A stretch of DNA of 64,000 bases from Candidatus Latescibacterota bacterium (GCA_965205975.1 OZ242195.1:1600001-1664000), one strand, 5' to 3'; counted from the first letter of the stretch, positions 37,114 to 48,006 are shown. Program-made: numbers and translations. Notes: generated by a model not told the origin, from the letters alone.

Positions 37114-37190
37114 GCGGCATTAGCTCAGTTGGATAGAGCACTGGTCTCCGGAACCAGAGGTCACAGGTTCGAATCCTGTATGTCGCACCA
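37114..37190 (+). tRNA. tRNA-Arg (anticodon CCG)
   Basis: Acceptor GCGGCAT/ATGTCGC, D arm TAGCTCAGTTGGATAGAGC, anticodon arm CTGGT-CTCCGGA-ACCAG, T arm ACAGG-TTCGAAT-CCTGT, 3' ACCA. Confidence 0.96.
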
Positions 37191-37195
37191 CAACC

Positions 37196-37236
37196 AATGG
37201 GGCGAGAGTCACAAACGACTCTCGCCCCATTTTTTT
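37196..37236 (+). terminator. Rho-independent terminator after tRNA
   Basis: aatggggcgagagtc-acaaac-gactctcgccccatt, followed by a T run. Confidence 0.9.
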
Positions 37237-37257
37237 GCGTCTCACTTTTTGCTACGC

Positions 37258-38238
37258 CTATGCGTCTATCTGCCTTATCAGATCCCGCAACTTCTGAATA
37301 AGCGCGTCCAAACCCTGACCTGTGACAGAGGAAATTCCCATATCTGTTTGACCTTGAAAAAATGGACCCTTGCGTTGTTCCGGCGGCAACAAGTCCAGTT
37401 TGGTGGCAATAAGCATCGCGGGTTTCTCGCGCAATTTGGGACTGAAACGGTCGAGTTCTTCTTTGAGAACAGCCAAATCGTATTCGGGATTGGGGCTGGC
37501 GACATCAACCATAAAAAGGAGAACGCGCGTGCGTTCGATATGGCGCAAAAATTGAAACCCAAGCCCTTTACCGCGATGTGCCCCTTCAATCAAGCCGGGA
37601 ATATCTGCCATAACAAAGCTATCGTAATCGCCGCATTTGACAATGCCCAGATTGGGTTGCAGGGTCGTAAAGGGATAATCGGCAATTTTGGGTTGCGCCG
37701 CAGAAACTCTGGAAAGAAGGGTCGATTTGCCTGCATTTGGGTGGCCGACCAGACCGACATCGGCGATGAGTTTAAGCTCGAGTTCCAACTGGCGTTCTCG
37801 CCCCGCTTCTCCGGGCTGAACATACTCTGGTGCTCTATTTGTCGCCGTGGCAAAACGCGCGTTGCCACGACCGCCACGCCCCCCCTCAATCAAAACAATG
37901 CGCTGACCGGGTTCGGTCAAATCCGCGAGGATTTCGCCTGTCTCTGTATCCTTGATGAGCGTGCCAACCGGTACGGGAATTTCAGCGTCTTCACCCCGTC
38001 GTCCCGCTTTCTTTTGGCCCGCCCCATGTTCTCCATGACCTGCACTCAAGTGTTGTCGATACCGGTAATCGAGCAGTGTGGAAAGGCGCGGGTCTGATAT
38101 AAAAACGACATCTCCCCCATTGCCGCCATCGCCGCCATCTGGCCCTCCTCGCGGCACATGCTTTTCTCGGCGAAAGCTTTTGCATCCAGTGCCGCCGTTG
38201 CCCGAACGGGCATAAATTCTGGTTAGATCGACAAACAT
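37258..38238 (-). CDS. obgE: GTPase ObgE/CgtA
   Basis: MFVD...FRREKHVPRGGPDGGDGG, GHPNAGKST, PKIADYPFTT, DIPGLIEGA, FLRHIERT. Confidence 0.97.
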   Translation of the reverse strand: MFVDLTRIYARSGNGGTGCKSFRREKHVPRGGPDGGDGGNGGDVVFISDPRLSTLLDYRYRQHLSAGHGEHGAGQKKAGRRGEDAEIPVPVGTLIKDTETGEILADLTEPGQRIVLIEGGRGGRGNARFATATNRAPEYVQPGEAGRERQLELELKLIADVGLVGHPNAGKSTLLSRVSAAQPKIADYPFTTLQPNLGIVKCGDYDSFVMADIPGLIEGAHRGKGLGFQFLRHIERTRVLLFMVDVASPNPEYDLAVLKEELDRFSPKLREKPAMLIATKLDLLPPEQRKGPFFQGQTDMGISSVTGQGLDALIQKLRDLIRQIDA

Positions 38239-38249
38239 GGGAAAATTCG

Positions 38250-39008
38250 CTATGTTGCGGACTCTGCCTGTGCGCTATTTTTCAAAAGCAGGGCCTCTTC
38301 AATGGGGATATGCTCATCTGCGCTGTTGATGAGATCCCGCGCCGTATTGTAGGTAAAAGAAATGACTTCAACACGCGGTCCCAGGGTTTTAACGAGTTCG
38401 ACCAGAGGTACAAAATCACCATCGCCACTCACGAGAACCACGACATCGAGTTTATTGACAAATCTCATAATGTCAATGGCCATGCCCATGTCCCAATCGC
38501 CTTTTGCCGATCCATCACTGCGCTGCCGCAAATCTTTTCTTCTCACTTCGTAGCTCTTTTGTTGGAGCATCGAGATAAAATTACTCTGGTCAACATCTGG
38601 CGATTGCACGACATAGGCGATAGCGCGGATCAAGCGGCGTTTGCCCACACTGAGTTCCAGCAGTTTTTCAAAATCGAGACGCGCATTAAATGGTTTTGCG
38701 GCATAAAAGATATTCTGCACATCGACAAATATCCCAACCCGCAATTCGGTCGAGGGAATGGTTGTTCGCCGATCCAATCGGGTGCTGGCCTTGGCCTGTA
38801 GATCGGCGATACTTTTCTGGATGTTATCGAGAATAGAAAAAATTTCCCGGCGTTCTCGCGCACCGCTGATAGCTTCTTTATAGACTCTGTTCTTAATCTC
38901 GCGAAGGTCTCGAATAGCAGCCTGCGCTATGGTCATCTGATCTAATTTTTGCTCGATACGCGCTATGGTTTCTTGCATTTGTTTAATCTGATCGTTAAAG
39001 TCTGACAT
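38250..39008 (-). CDS. NYN (LabA-like PIN) domain protein with N-terminal coiled-coil
   Basis: IFVDVQNI, KGDWDMGMAID, LVSGDGDFVPL; heptad-like first ~75 aa. Confidence 0.88.
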   Translation of the reverse strand: MSDFNDQIKQMQETIARIEQKLDQMTIAQAAIRDLREIKNRVYKEAISGARERREIFSILDNIQKSIADLQAKASTRLDRRTTIPSTELRVGIFVDVQNIFYAAKPFNARLDFEKLLELSVGKRRLIRAIAYVVQSPDVDQSNFISMLQQKSYEVRRKDLRQRSDGSAKGDWDMGMAIDIMRFVNKLDVVVLVSGDGDFVPLVELVKTLGPRVEVISFTYNTARDLINSADEHIPIEEALLLKNSAQAESAT

Positions 39009-39011
39009 TTG

Positions 39012-39869
39012 TTATGAGGTCTCCGATATCATTAGTTTGTGCAACCCTGCGCCAAAGGCAAGGGCAAATCTGCTCGCGTGTCCAAGTTTTGCGCGATCTC
39101 GTTTAGGCAATTGCGCAGTATCTATACCGCGAAATATTGGATATTCTGTAAGGCTGAGGTCATCTGGCGGATCAATGGGCGGTATATCCCCCGATAGATA
39201 AACCTGTTTGCAGGTGCGGTGTGGAGAACAGGCGAGAGAGAGCCAGCGTTTTAAATTTGAAGAATCAGGGCCTGCGGTTTCAACGCCGATTAAAATACCA
39301 TTTTCAACGGAAATGTAAAAAGATCCATCGGGGTCTCTGTGAACGGCCATCTGCCTACCCGACTTCCATACGCCAGCGGGTAGTCCCGTACAAAATAAGG
39401 CCAGCGGAGCGACAGAGAGATGCAGGCGGGTTTCTCCCAGTGCAGAGCACAGGGTTTCGTATGCGTCAATCACCCCGTTGCGTACTGCGGTCCAAAAAGC
39501 CACGCGCCCTACCGGAATAATATCGATTGCGCTATTGTCAACAGGAGAAATGAGTGCCTGCGATGCTTCCCACAAAATCTGCTCGCGGAGGTCTTCTTTG
39601 CCCGCGACTTCGAGAGGAACTTTTTGCATGTGATACAGGCTACCTGAAAGACAAAAAGAAAGTGTGCCGCGCGGTTTTGACAAAATTCCAAGCACTTTTC
39701 CCAATTCCTCAACAAAGGATTCAGGTACTTCTTTTTGGGGATCAAAATCAAACGCCTCCGATACACGTTGGTTAATCAGACCCCTGAGATAGTACGCATT
39801 GTCCAATTTTTCAATGTGAGCCACGCGTAGTGTATTGCCCAAAATATGAATGCCCGTAGCTGTACTCAT
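39012..39869 (-). CDS. Hypothetical protein, possibly a degenerate PilM/GspL-like actin-fold protein
   Basis: GIHI...LRVAHI start, EQILWEASQAL, LSVAPLAL, VYLSGD and FALAFGAGL echo PilM motifs, but weakly. Confidence 0.55.
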   Translation of the reverse strand: MSTATGIHILGNTLRVAHIEKLDNAYYLRGLINQRVSEAFDFDPQKEVPESFVEELGKVLGILSKPRGTLSFCLSGSLYHMQKVPLEVAGKEDLREQILWEASQALISPVDNSAIDIIPVGRVAFWTAVRNGVIDAYETLCSALGETRLHLSVAPLALFCTGLPAGVWKSGRQMAVHRDPDGSFYISVENGILIGVETAGPDSSNLKRWLSLACSPHRTCKQVYLSGDIPPIDPPDDLSLTEYPIFRGIDTAQLPKRDRAKLGHASRFALAFGAGLHKLMISETS

Positions 39870-40309
39870 GGCGTACTCATCGTAAGGTGCGGACGCAAGC
39901 GCTCGAGGGTTTTGGGACCAATCCCCCTGACCTTTGTAATATCGTCAACGCGCTTAAATGCCCCATTTTTTTCGCGATAGGCCACAATACGCCCTGCAAT
40001 TTGAGGCCCAATACCGTGCAAGCGTTCAAACTCTTTTGCCGTTGCAGAGTTGATATTGATCAATTCCCTCACCTGGGGAACATTTTCTTTCGGTGAAGGG
40101 ACTGGACTTTGCCTCTGTGTTAGAGATGTAACCTGTGGAACTTCTGTCTTTTCTTCTGGCGATGGAACTTCCACGGCATTTTTATGCACCTCAAAATCGG
40201 GAATGTGATCCGGATTTTTACTATCGAGATAACGGATGACAATCCCTATAATAAGAACGCCGCAAAGCAGCAATAAGATAATTTGTTCGTTGCGGTTAAA
40301 AGTAAACAT
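39866..40309 (-). CDS. comEA: ComEA family helix-hairpin-helix DNA-binding protein
   Basis: N-terminal TM helix; ININSATAKEFERLHGIGPQIAGRIVAYREKNGAF...VRGIGPKT. Confidence 0.88.
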   Translation of the reverse strand: MFTFNRNEQIILLLLCGVLIIGIVIRYLDSKNPDHIPDFEVHKNAVEVPSPEEKTEVPQVTSLTQRQSPVPSPKENVPQVRELININSATAKEFERLHGIGPQIAGRIVAYREKNGAFKRVDDITKVRGIGPKTLERLRPHLTMSTP

Positions 40310-40321
40310 AGAAAAGTCCAA

Positions 40322-43300
40322 TTATTGAAATCCGATTTCACCCCAGAATCGAAAATCCCAGGTCACATTTGTGAGTTCACGCAGGTGGTCTTTGCGCCGT
40401 TCATGGCGAAACGTCGTACCGCCTGTAAATCGCGAGCTAAAGGCATATTGCGTCCCCAGGCTTACAGACCAGGATGTCGAGTTTTGGCGGATAATGGGGT
40501 CGGCTGGCACATCTGGTTCGGCACTTCGGGGCATTTCGGTTTGCGTATTCGAGGTACGCGAAAAGGAAAGCGTGAGGTCGAGAGTGCCTTGAAATTTTCC
40601 GCGCAGCGAATAGCGCATATCTGCTTGCAATGTACCGTTTTCCGTCAAAGTGGTTGAAAGCAGGCGGTCGGCAAGGGTCGGTTGGACAGAAGCGGTATCG
40701 ACAGTCACATTGCGCTGGTAGCGGATTTCATCTGTGCTCGTTTGTCGGCGGCTAAATGTCGTCTTCACATCGCCTTTCCAGCTCGCGCTCCACTGAAAAA
40801 GTGGATTGTAGGATATTTCTTTGGCATCGCTTGTCAGATAAAGCGGCGAGAGACTGAGGCTGCCATCGCCCCGTCGGGTGCGCGATTCCTGGTATCCAAA
40901 AGTGGCATTGGAACTGACCCATAACCAGCCGATCAAAGGCACGCGATCAAGGCCGCGCCAACTCGCGTCAAATTTGGGAAAGATGACCTGATCGTCTTTC
41001 CCGAGTGTACTGCCCGTGCGTTCGTTTTCAGAATAATTGGCAGAGGTGTTGAAATTCAGGCCCAGAGGCAGTCGAATACCGCTGGATACCTGAGCCTGTC
41101 TTCGCACATTGATAGCATTGGTTCTCGTTCCCGAACCCGTGATTACAATGGGGACCTGCACCGTATCTTGAAAGCCAAATTGATAGGCCAATGAAGGACG
41201 GGCTGTGAGGCCAAATAAATTATTTGATTTATTTTGAGAAACACTGCTCGTCACATTTTGAAGACGACCGCCTACTTTTCCAATCCATTGCAAAATGGAA
41301 AAGCCACCATCTTTGCCGGATCTGCGCGTCCAGCGTTGAAACAACCCGGGCAAGTTGAGATTGACACGCGCATTCGCCGTCTGCTGGTTATTGACAGTAA
41401 GGCCGCGCCGGATACTGCCGTACTGCACGCGCTCCCCACCGATTTCAAAGCGATCCGTGTACGTGGCCGAATACGACGGGTTCACGGTAATCCAGTTGGA
41501 AAAGCGCGGTGTAAATCTGAAATTGAGCGATTGGTTACGCGATATTTCGCGTCCAAATTGGAGTTGGGTCAGGGCATATCCATTTCGCAAATCGCGGTTG
41601 ATCGTGAGCGAATAATCGGCATTTAGACTGCGAAATGGCGAGAGTTTTATAGCGTAACTTTCGGTCAGATTGAATGTTTCTCGCACCGTATCAATCACAT
41701 TTGAAGTGTCGCCAGCGATGGCGCGAAATGAGGTTTGGTCCGACACGCCACGATTAAAACGCAGGTTGTAATTGATACTGGTGGGCAGGTAAAAAAATTG
41801 TGCTTCTTTGAGCGGCTTGTAAAAGGGCAACCACTTAAAAATAGCCAGAGTCTTGCGCTGAGACCACGCCTGATTATAGGTCATGTTGCCGTTTAAGTTC
41901 TGGTTCTGGCTTCGCCTGCGCTGTGTAATCGCACCCGTTGTCGATGCATCAGAACTATAGTTGAGCGACGTGGAGGCTTTGTCAAAAAAAATGCGAGACA
42001 GCAAGCTCGGATCTTCGCGGGCAGGCCGCTTTCTCAGCGAAATGGTAAAGCGCGCCTGAGAGCGCACATCGCTTTCGTTTATTTTTTGTTCGGGAGTGAG
42101 CACAATGTCCGATCCCGGGCGTATGCGAGGGCTTGATGTAAAGCGGTTATAGCTAAATCGGGCGGGTATAGAAGTATTCCATTCTTTAGGGAAAAATTTG
42201 TCGATATTGAGCTGGCTGTCAAAGTTGAAGCGCGTAGTGGTATTGCCCGAAGCTCTGCCTTGCAGGTCTTGAAAATCGCCGCTTCGGCGTTCCAGATTGA
42301 CCGTCAAATTGCCCAGATCGGCGAGGGTTATGCGTGTATCAGCCAGAGCAGATAAAGCTGGTTTTTTGCGGATTTCATCAACGCGCAATTCATCTATCCA
42401 TATCTCGTTCTCACCCAGGAGAATCTCATCACCGCGGTTGCGGATCCCCACAGTAAATGCTCTAATCGAAGACAACGCGGGATTGCCGCGCACAATATAG
42501 GTACGGCCATCCACGTCGGTCTCTATGCGATTGCCCACCTTGTCGTAGCGAGCGAGAAAATCGCCACGGCGAAGCGAAACACTAACGGTATCAGATGCTT
42601 GCTCAATGGATTGAAGGTCCAGTAATTGACCTTTGAGTTGCGACATGATCTCGAGGTCTAAGCGCACGGTATTGGTTTCTTCTGCCCAGCCGCGATAAAC
42701 CCGTGACCGATATTCGTAAAAGTTGAGAGAATCGTCATTGATGGGGGAAAATCGCATGAAAAATTCGATGGGACTGGGGCCAGTGCTCACGGAATCTGCT
42801 GCGTCTGAAAAATTGGTATTATACGTTGGATCAGCCGGGTTTCCGCCGTGTAAAAACAGCGTCATAATGCCGTATTCCGTATAGTCATCACCATCGACGA
42901 AGTTGCGAGACGCAGAGATGGATTCGCCCGGGTAGAGATCGACAAATTCGAGCACCAGAGAATTTTCCGACAAGCGGATACCAGTGGTGGGATCAATTTC
43001 TCGCTCGAGTCCCGGGGGGGACTCGTAAAAGGAATTGTTGGTGCCAATAGTCGAAACCTGAAAATCGCCAGAAGACTGCCCGAAAGCGACCGGGTCTTCC
43101 TGCCATTCGCTACCGGTTGCGCTAAAAGTATAGATTTCGACAGAGGTGGTATCGTTGTGTTCGAACCAGACGCGTACAAAGTCAAGCGCGCTGGCAAATG
43201 TGGTGTCGGGATTACCTTCAAAGGTGCGGGGCGCGTCTTGTCCTTTGAGGGGAATGCGCAATAAACGCCACGGGGGATCCGCAACACCACCCAATTCGGG

Positions 43301-46300
43301 GAAGAGATCGGATTCAGTGCCGGGTACAAGCGTAGATGAGCCGGTAAATGTGCCCGATACAGAGGATAGGCCCCGATTGCTGGACAAATCAACACTGTAT
43401 CGGATAAAACTTTCTCGCTGGTCGAGAAAACCATTGCCGTTGAGATCTTCGGTATCTGGTCGAGATTGGCGCTCTGCCCTGTTGCCCTCTGTTCCGTTTA
43501 GGCCAGAGGGATAGCGGCGCAGGATATCTGTCGTGTTTTGATCTACATCTTCAAAATTATCTCCCGAAGGATCGTTGGGCACAGTTACACCTGGAAATAT
43601 TTGTCGAAAAACCTCGGCTTCTTCGGCATCGGTCAATCCATCCAGACCTATATCCTCTTCTTCGACAACGATATCGTCTCCTGTGGGCAAGCCGCCGATG
43701 GGTTTGTCCTCTGTGCGAAAGCCACTCTGAAATCGCTCTCGATCGCCTGGATCATTGTACAGGGGATGATCGAGGGGCAGAAGGACGCGCTCAGATATGT
43801 CGCCCAAATCGATGTGCAGATGCCCGTCGTCTCCCCGAATCCAGAGTTCGAGAAATTTAGACCGCGACAAATCGAGGCCATTGACATAGCGCATAATACC
43901 CGCCCATGATTGTTGGGGAATGCCACTTTCGCTATTCTGCGAGCGAATGGGAAAGCCATTGCTACGCGCGGGATCAAACCGCAGTTTGAGAACATCGACA
44001 ATGTCTTGTTCCGCGGTTATGTCATCGCGGGTGGGCTGAATTCGGGAAAGAGATGCCCTATCGCGGTCAATGGGATTATACCACGTAAGCCGCCCTTGTG
44101 GCAATGTGAGCGATCTGTTGTTGCGAATGGGAACACTTGCGCGATTCCACCCAATTTTTCCAATTGCAAATGCCGTACTATTCAGAGCGCCTTCAAAATC
44201 ATCGATGTACGCCACATTTTTGGTATTGGGATTTGGCAAACTCTGCGCGATTTCAAAGTCCATGTCGATAGAAGACGGAGCCTGTGTATTCACAAGAGGA
44301 ATGGAGTTGACGAGGTCACTCAATAGTTTGGGTTGCATCCGAAAGCGGGCATTGGCATCCCACAAAATAGTACGCGTGGGTTCCTGCCCCACCCGAACGC
44401 GCGGCGTGGCGGTACTTTGACTGCCGTATAGCAAGGTCATGCCAATAAGTGAATACTGATCTTCAAAAGGCCGCTCGAGGCGCAAGCCCAAAAGGCTTTT
44501 AGACGATTGCCCCAAACCCAATAGATCTTTGGTTTGATACGATATGTCCAATTCGGCCGTGGGGTCTGCAACCTCGTTTTCTGCCTCGCCAATAAATTTC
44601 AAACGGCCTATCTCGTAATTTATTGTGTAGTCTTCATCGCGTCTTAAGGTTCGGCTGTTCAGACGCACGACTTCGCTGTCCTTAACCAGTCCACCAAATC
44701 CGCCGAGGTTGAATTCGGTCGATTGACTCGTCGAACGCACCCGAATAACATACCGCCCTGCGTCCTGGCGGTTGGACACATTGGTTTCGTTGTAAATGCC
44801 CGGCACGCGCACCTCGAGGTCGGGTGCCCCCAAACCCTCCTCGCCAAAAGGCTCGAGAAAGGGAAAAACGAGATGCCCTCTGGGGAGACTCAGGCCGGGG
44901 ATCTCATTCCCCGTGCCAATATCGATGAGCCGATCTGGTGGAGAAGATTCAGAAGAGCCGTTGGTGCGTCGGTCAAGACCAAAAATTTCCAGGAATGGCG
45001 TACCTGCCTGATTATCCTGTTCACTTTCACCCGGCACCTTGCGAAAGATGCCGACGAACAGACCAATTTGATCGATGTTGCGCCCGCCAAGGTAATAGAC
45101 ATTGCGCCACGCGAGTTTCCAGGTCGGGTCTGTGGGGCGTTGTTGTCTGGCTTTGATGAGCTTGAGTTGAATTTTTTTGTCGGGATTTCCCGGCTCGGGA
45201 ATAAATTGTATATCACCAAAATTTTCACCCGACGCGGTTTGATAAGCCACCGCAAGCGTGTAGCCCCTCGATATCCGACCTCGGTCATGGATGAGATAGC
45301 CTTCGGGTAAGGTCGTAAATTCGGAGGGGGCGAGTTCGTGAAACATACCTTCTTCAACGCCCTTATCAAAACCACGCGATGCCTCTTCATCGGGCGATCC
45401 ATTGTTCCACGCGAGGTATGCAACGCCGGGAATGGCCGAGTCTTCGAGGTCGTTTTGCGCGTTGTAGTCGTTTATGAATACGCGCACGCTCTGTTCATTG
45501 ACGCGATCGCCCGGCGCGGGGAACAAGCTGTTGCGGAAATTTTCTCGATAAGTATTATCGAGAAAAAAGTAGGTGTTTTCGACGTACTCGTAATCGTGGA
45601 TTTGATCGGATCTTTCTTGCCCTTGCCCCGTAAAGGTCTGGCGATCGCTCGACGATTTGTCCTGAGATGTGACAACCGTAAAATTGATGGCGCCAACCCG
45701 CCCCCGCGTTTTGATGCCAAATAGCCCACCTCTGTTGCCGCCGCTAAATCCAATCAGGCGGGTACCGGGTAATGCCAGCGACGTGTTGCCCGCTTCTATG
45801 GTTTCAATAATGCCGTCTTCATCGCCTGTGTATTGCAGGCGCAGGCCCTCGGCCAGATCAAAGCCCTGTCGCTCGCTATTTTGCTCCAACGAAACCATGA
45901 TCCGATCACCAATGGTGCCTTCAACAGCGAGTTGGGCCTCTTGCTCAAAATTGATAGTGGGAAAGCGAGATGTGCTCAGGTGAGCCGCTTGCGCCTGTCC
46001 CAAAGTGTATTGCGAGAGACCCGACAATTCGATGCGGCGATGTCCCCTGATGGTAAGATTGGCGGCCCCTTCCCCAGTAATAGCACTCAAACGCTGGGGA
46101 ACGCGAATCGGTATTTTGACATCAATCAATCCATCGCCTTCTTCATCGTCATCCATGCGGCCTCCCAATCGCTCCAGTGCAAGGCGATGGGTATCATGGT
46201 GGAACTTGTAACGCATAAAGTCGCTTAGACTGATAATCACCGGAAGGCCATAAGGCGCGCCCCCCAGGTCGCGGAACACCATCAGTGTATATTCGGCGGT

Positions 46301-46519
46301 TTCTGTTTCTATCAGTTGCGCCGTAGGGGACGCATAAGGGCGTCTTTGAGGAAAATAAGAAGTGGATCCAGGCGTATCGCGCAAAAAGGCTTCAAGCGTT
46401 GACACACCTATTTGCGGGCGCAAACCCGGCGTGGCAAGAGCAATACTCGGGCAGAGAAACGCGAGAAAAAACAAAACACTGAGGTTGCGTGGCCACAGGT
46501 GAATGTGAATAAACTTCAT
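40322..46519 (-). CDS. sprA: SprA/Sov-like type IX secretion system outer-membrane translocon
   Basis: >2000 aa with signal peptide; LQYTGDEDGIIETIEAGN, GLFGIKT, WRNVYYLG, DYTINYEIG, AYIDDFEG, GRLTWYN, LHIDLGDISE, DTEDLNGNGFLD, IWIDELRV; long C-terminal beta-strand region. The start is uncertain (46519 or 46573). Confidence 0.88.
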   Translation of the reverse strand: MKFIHIHLWPRNLSVLFFLAFLCPSIALATPGLRPQIGVSTLEAFLRDTPGSTSYFPQRRPYASPTAQLIETETAEYTLMVFRDLGGAPYGLPVIISLSDFMRYKFHHDTHRLALERLGGRMDDDEEGDGLIDVKIPIRVPQRLSAITGEGAANLTIRGHRRIELSGLSQYTLGQAQAAHLSTSRFPTINFEQEAQLAVEGTIGDRIMVSLEQNSERQGFDLAEGLRLQYTGDEDGIIETIEAGNTSLALPGTRLIGFSGGNRGGLFGIKTRGRVGAINFTVVTSQDKSSSDRQTFTGQGQERSDQIHDYEYVENTYFFLDNTYRENFRNSLFPAPGDRVNEQSVRVFINDYNAQNDLEDSAIPGVAYLAWNNGSPDEEASRGFDKGVEEGMFHELAPSEFTTLPEGYLIHDRGRISRGYTLAVAYQTASGENFGDIQFIPEPGNPDKKIQLKLIKARQQRPTDPTWKLAWRNVYYLGGRNIDQIGLFVGIFRKVPGESEQDNQAGTPFLEIFGLDRRTNGSSESSPPDRLIDIGTGNEIPGLSLPRGHLVFPFLEPFGEEGLGAPDLEVRVPGIYNETNVSNRQDAGRYVIRVRSTSQSTEFNLGGFGGLVKDSEVVRLNSRTLRRDEDYTINYEIGRLKFIGEAENEVADPTAELDISYQTKDLLGLGQSSKSLLGLRLERPFEDQYSLIGMTLLYGSQSTATPRVRVGQEPTRTILWDANARFRMQPKLLSDLVNSIPLVNTQAPSSIDMDFEIAQSLPNPNTKNVAYIDDFEGALNSTAFAIGKIGWNRASVPIRNNRSLTLPQGRLTWYNPIDRDRASLSRIQPTRDDITAEQDIVDVLKLRFDPARSNGFPIRSQNSESGIPQQSWAGIMRYVNGLDLSRSKFLELWIRGDDGHLHIDLGDISERVLLPLDHPLYNDPGDRERFQSGFRTEDKPIGGLPTGDDIVVEEEDIGLDGLTDAEEAEVFRQIFPGVTVPNDPSGDNFEDVDQNTTDILRRYPSGLNGTEGNRAERQSRPDTEDLNGNGFLDQRESFIRYSVDLSSNRGLSSVSGTFTGSSTLVPGTESDLFPELGGVADPPWRLLRIPLKGQDAPRTFEGNPDTTFASALDFVRVWFEHNDTTSVEIYTFSATGSEWQEDPVAFGQSSGDFQVSTIGTNNSFYESPPGLEREIDPTTGIRLSENSLVLEFVDLYPGESISASRNFVDGDDYTEYGIMTLFLHGGNPADPTYNTNFSDAADSVSTGPSPIEFFMRFSPINDDSLNFYEYRSRVYRGWAEETNTVRLDLEIMSQLKGQLLDLQSIEQASDTVSVSLRRGDFLARYDKVGNRIETDVDGRTYIVRGNPALSSIRAFTVGIRNRGDEILLGENEIWIDELRVDEIRKKPALSALADTRITLADLGNLTVNLERRSGDFQDLQGRASGNTTTRFNFDSQLNIDKFFPKEWNTSIPARFSYNRFTSSPRIRPGSDIVLTPEQKINESDVRSQARFTISLRKRPAREDPSLLSRIFFDKASTSLNYSSDASTTGAITQRRRSQNQNLNGNMTYNQAWSQRKTLAIFKWLPFYKPLKEAQFFYLPTSINYNLRFNRGVSDQTSFRAIAGDTSNVIDTVRETFNLTESYAIKLSPFRSLNADYSLTINRDLRNGYALTQLQFGREISRNQSLNFRFTPRFSNWITVNPSYSATYTDRFEIGGERVQYGSIRRGLTVNNQQTANARVNLNLPGLFQRWTRRSGKDGGFSILQWIGKVGGRLQNVTSSVSQNKSNNLFGLTARPSLAYQFGFQDTVQVPIVITGSGTRTNAINVRRQAQVSSGIRLPLGLNFNTSANYSENERTGSTLGKDDQVIFPKFDASWRGLDRVPLIGWLWVSSNATFGYQESRTRRGDGSLSLSPLYLTSDAKEISYNPLFQWSASWKGDVKTTFSRRQTSTDEIRYQRNVTVDTASVQPTLADRLLSTTLTENGTLQADMRYSLRGKFQGTLDLTLSFSRTSNTQTEMPRSAEPDVPADPIIRQNSTSWSVSLGTQYAFSSRFTGGTTFRHERRKDHLRELTNVTWDFRFWGEIGFQ

Positions 46520-46729
46520 AAGGGCTTTGGGTAACAGTCGGAAAGTTGTATTAAGGAGCCGGTGATAGGTCATTGAACAAAGTACATAATAGCACAAGCC
46601 ACATGAAAGTCAAGGTAAAATCCTCAGAAATTGGCGGGGAATAAACATCGGTAAGCGCGTCTTTTTTTTGGAGGAAAAAAGCCGTATATTTCGTTGTCGT
46701 TAAACTCATTTTTTAAAAAAAGGTTCCTC

Positions 46730-48004
46730 ATGCGCTTGCGTCGGTATGTGCTATCCGAACTGATGATGCCATTTTTATTTAGTTTTTCGGTTATCATCTT
46801 TCTCCTGATCATCGATCTCATTTTGCAAATGCTCGATCGAATTCTGGGAAAAGGCGTCCCCATAAGTGTGGTTTTTGAGTTGTTTTTTTTAAACACAGCC
46901 TGGATGATTGCCCTCGCCGTTCCAATGGCCGTGTTGGTCAGTACCCTGCTGGCATTTGGGCGATTAAGTGCCGCAGGCGAAATTGTGGCCATGCGCGCAT
47001 TGGGCATTGGAATTCACCAGGTTGTAGGACCGGTACTACTCGTCGCCGTACTGCTGGGAATTGGGCTGGTGGTTTTTAATGACCGCGTGTTGCCCGAATT
47101 TAATCACCGCGCCCGCGTGTTGATGACAGACATTCACCGCAAACGCCCCGCAGTCGCGCTGGCCGACAAGGCCGGAGTAATGATTGGCGATTTCAAAAAT
47201 TATCAGATCTTGTTTGATCGCGCCAATACAGGTGGCAATATTCTTTACGACTTGCTGGTATATAGCTTTAATAGCAATGGGTTCCCCGAAACAGCGGTTG
47301 CCGATTCGGGCGTTGTCGAATTTGATGAAGCGCGAGACGAGGCTCTGCTCTATCTTTTTAGTGGGGAAATGCACCGCATTGATCCAGATGATCCCACAGT
47401 CTATGCACTCACGACATTTGCCAAAGCCAGATTGCGGCTCGGAGATGCGGGCCAACAGTTGTCGAGGTCTTCATCGGCATATCGCAATGATCGAGAAATG
47501 GATATCGCCACCATGCGGCATAAAATTTCTCAGTATGAAAGCGAATTGCATCAGGCGAAGGTCAAAAGGGCGAACCTTTTAGATGCGTTTGTGCGTGAAG
47601 TATTAATAGATTCCGCAGATGCAAAACCCGTGCAGTCGCTGCGCGCTGTATTGGGGCGTGGAGCAGCCGATACGCGGATTGCACGCCATAAGTCGAGAGC
47701 CGCAGATCGATTGCGCGTGGAAGTACACAAAAAATTTTCAATCCCCGCAGCCTGTGTTGCATTTGTACTGGTGGGCGCGCCTATCGGCGTGTGGGCGCGC
47801 AGCAGCAGTGCGGCAATTGGCGCGGCGATTAGCATTGGCTTTTTTTTAATCTGGTGGATCTTTCTTATCGGTGGTGAAAAATTGGCTGACCGAGGTGTAC
47901 TCATGCCCTGGTTAGCGATGTGGATGCCCAATGTATTGACCGCCCTTATAGGTGCTATCCTATCTGCGCGAATTATATGCGAGTGGGGCGCAAAAAGGAA
48001 ATAA
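46730..48004 (+). CDS. lptF: LPS export permease LptF family
   Basis: LRRYVLSEL, ALAVPMAVL, GEIVAMRALGI, EVHKKFSIPAAC, WMPN. Confidence 0.88.
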   Translation: MRLRRYVLSELMMPFLFSFSVIIFLLIIDLILQMLDRILGKGVPISVVFELFFLNTAWMIALAVPMAVLVSTLLAFGRLSAAGEIVAMRALGIGIHQVVGPVLLVAVLLGIGLVVFNDRVLPEFNHRARVLMTDIHRKRPAVALADKAGVMIGDFKNYQILFDRANTGGNILYDLLVYSFNSNGFPETAVADSGVVEFDEARDEALLYLFSGEMHRIDPDDPTVYALTTFAKARLRLGDAGQQLSRSSSAYRNDREMDIATMRHKISQYESELHQAKVKRANLLDAFVREVLIDSADAKPVQSLRAVLGRGAADTRIARHKSRAADRLRVEVHKKFSIPAACVAFVLVGAPIGVWARSSSAAIGAAISIGFFLIWWIFLIGGEKLADRGVLMPWLAMWMPNVLTALIGAILSARIICEWGAKRK

Positions 48005-48006
48005 CT

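Noticed and set aside
37129..38097. 322-aa plus-strand ORF
   Set aside because: Starts inside the tRNA and is antisense to obgE.
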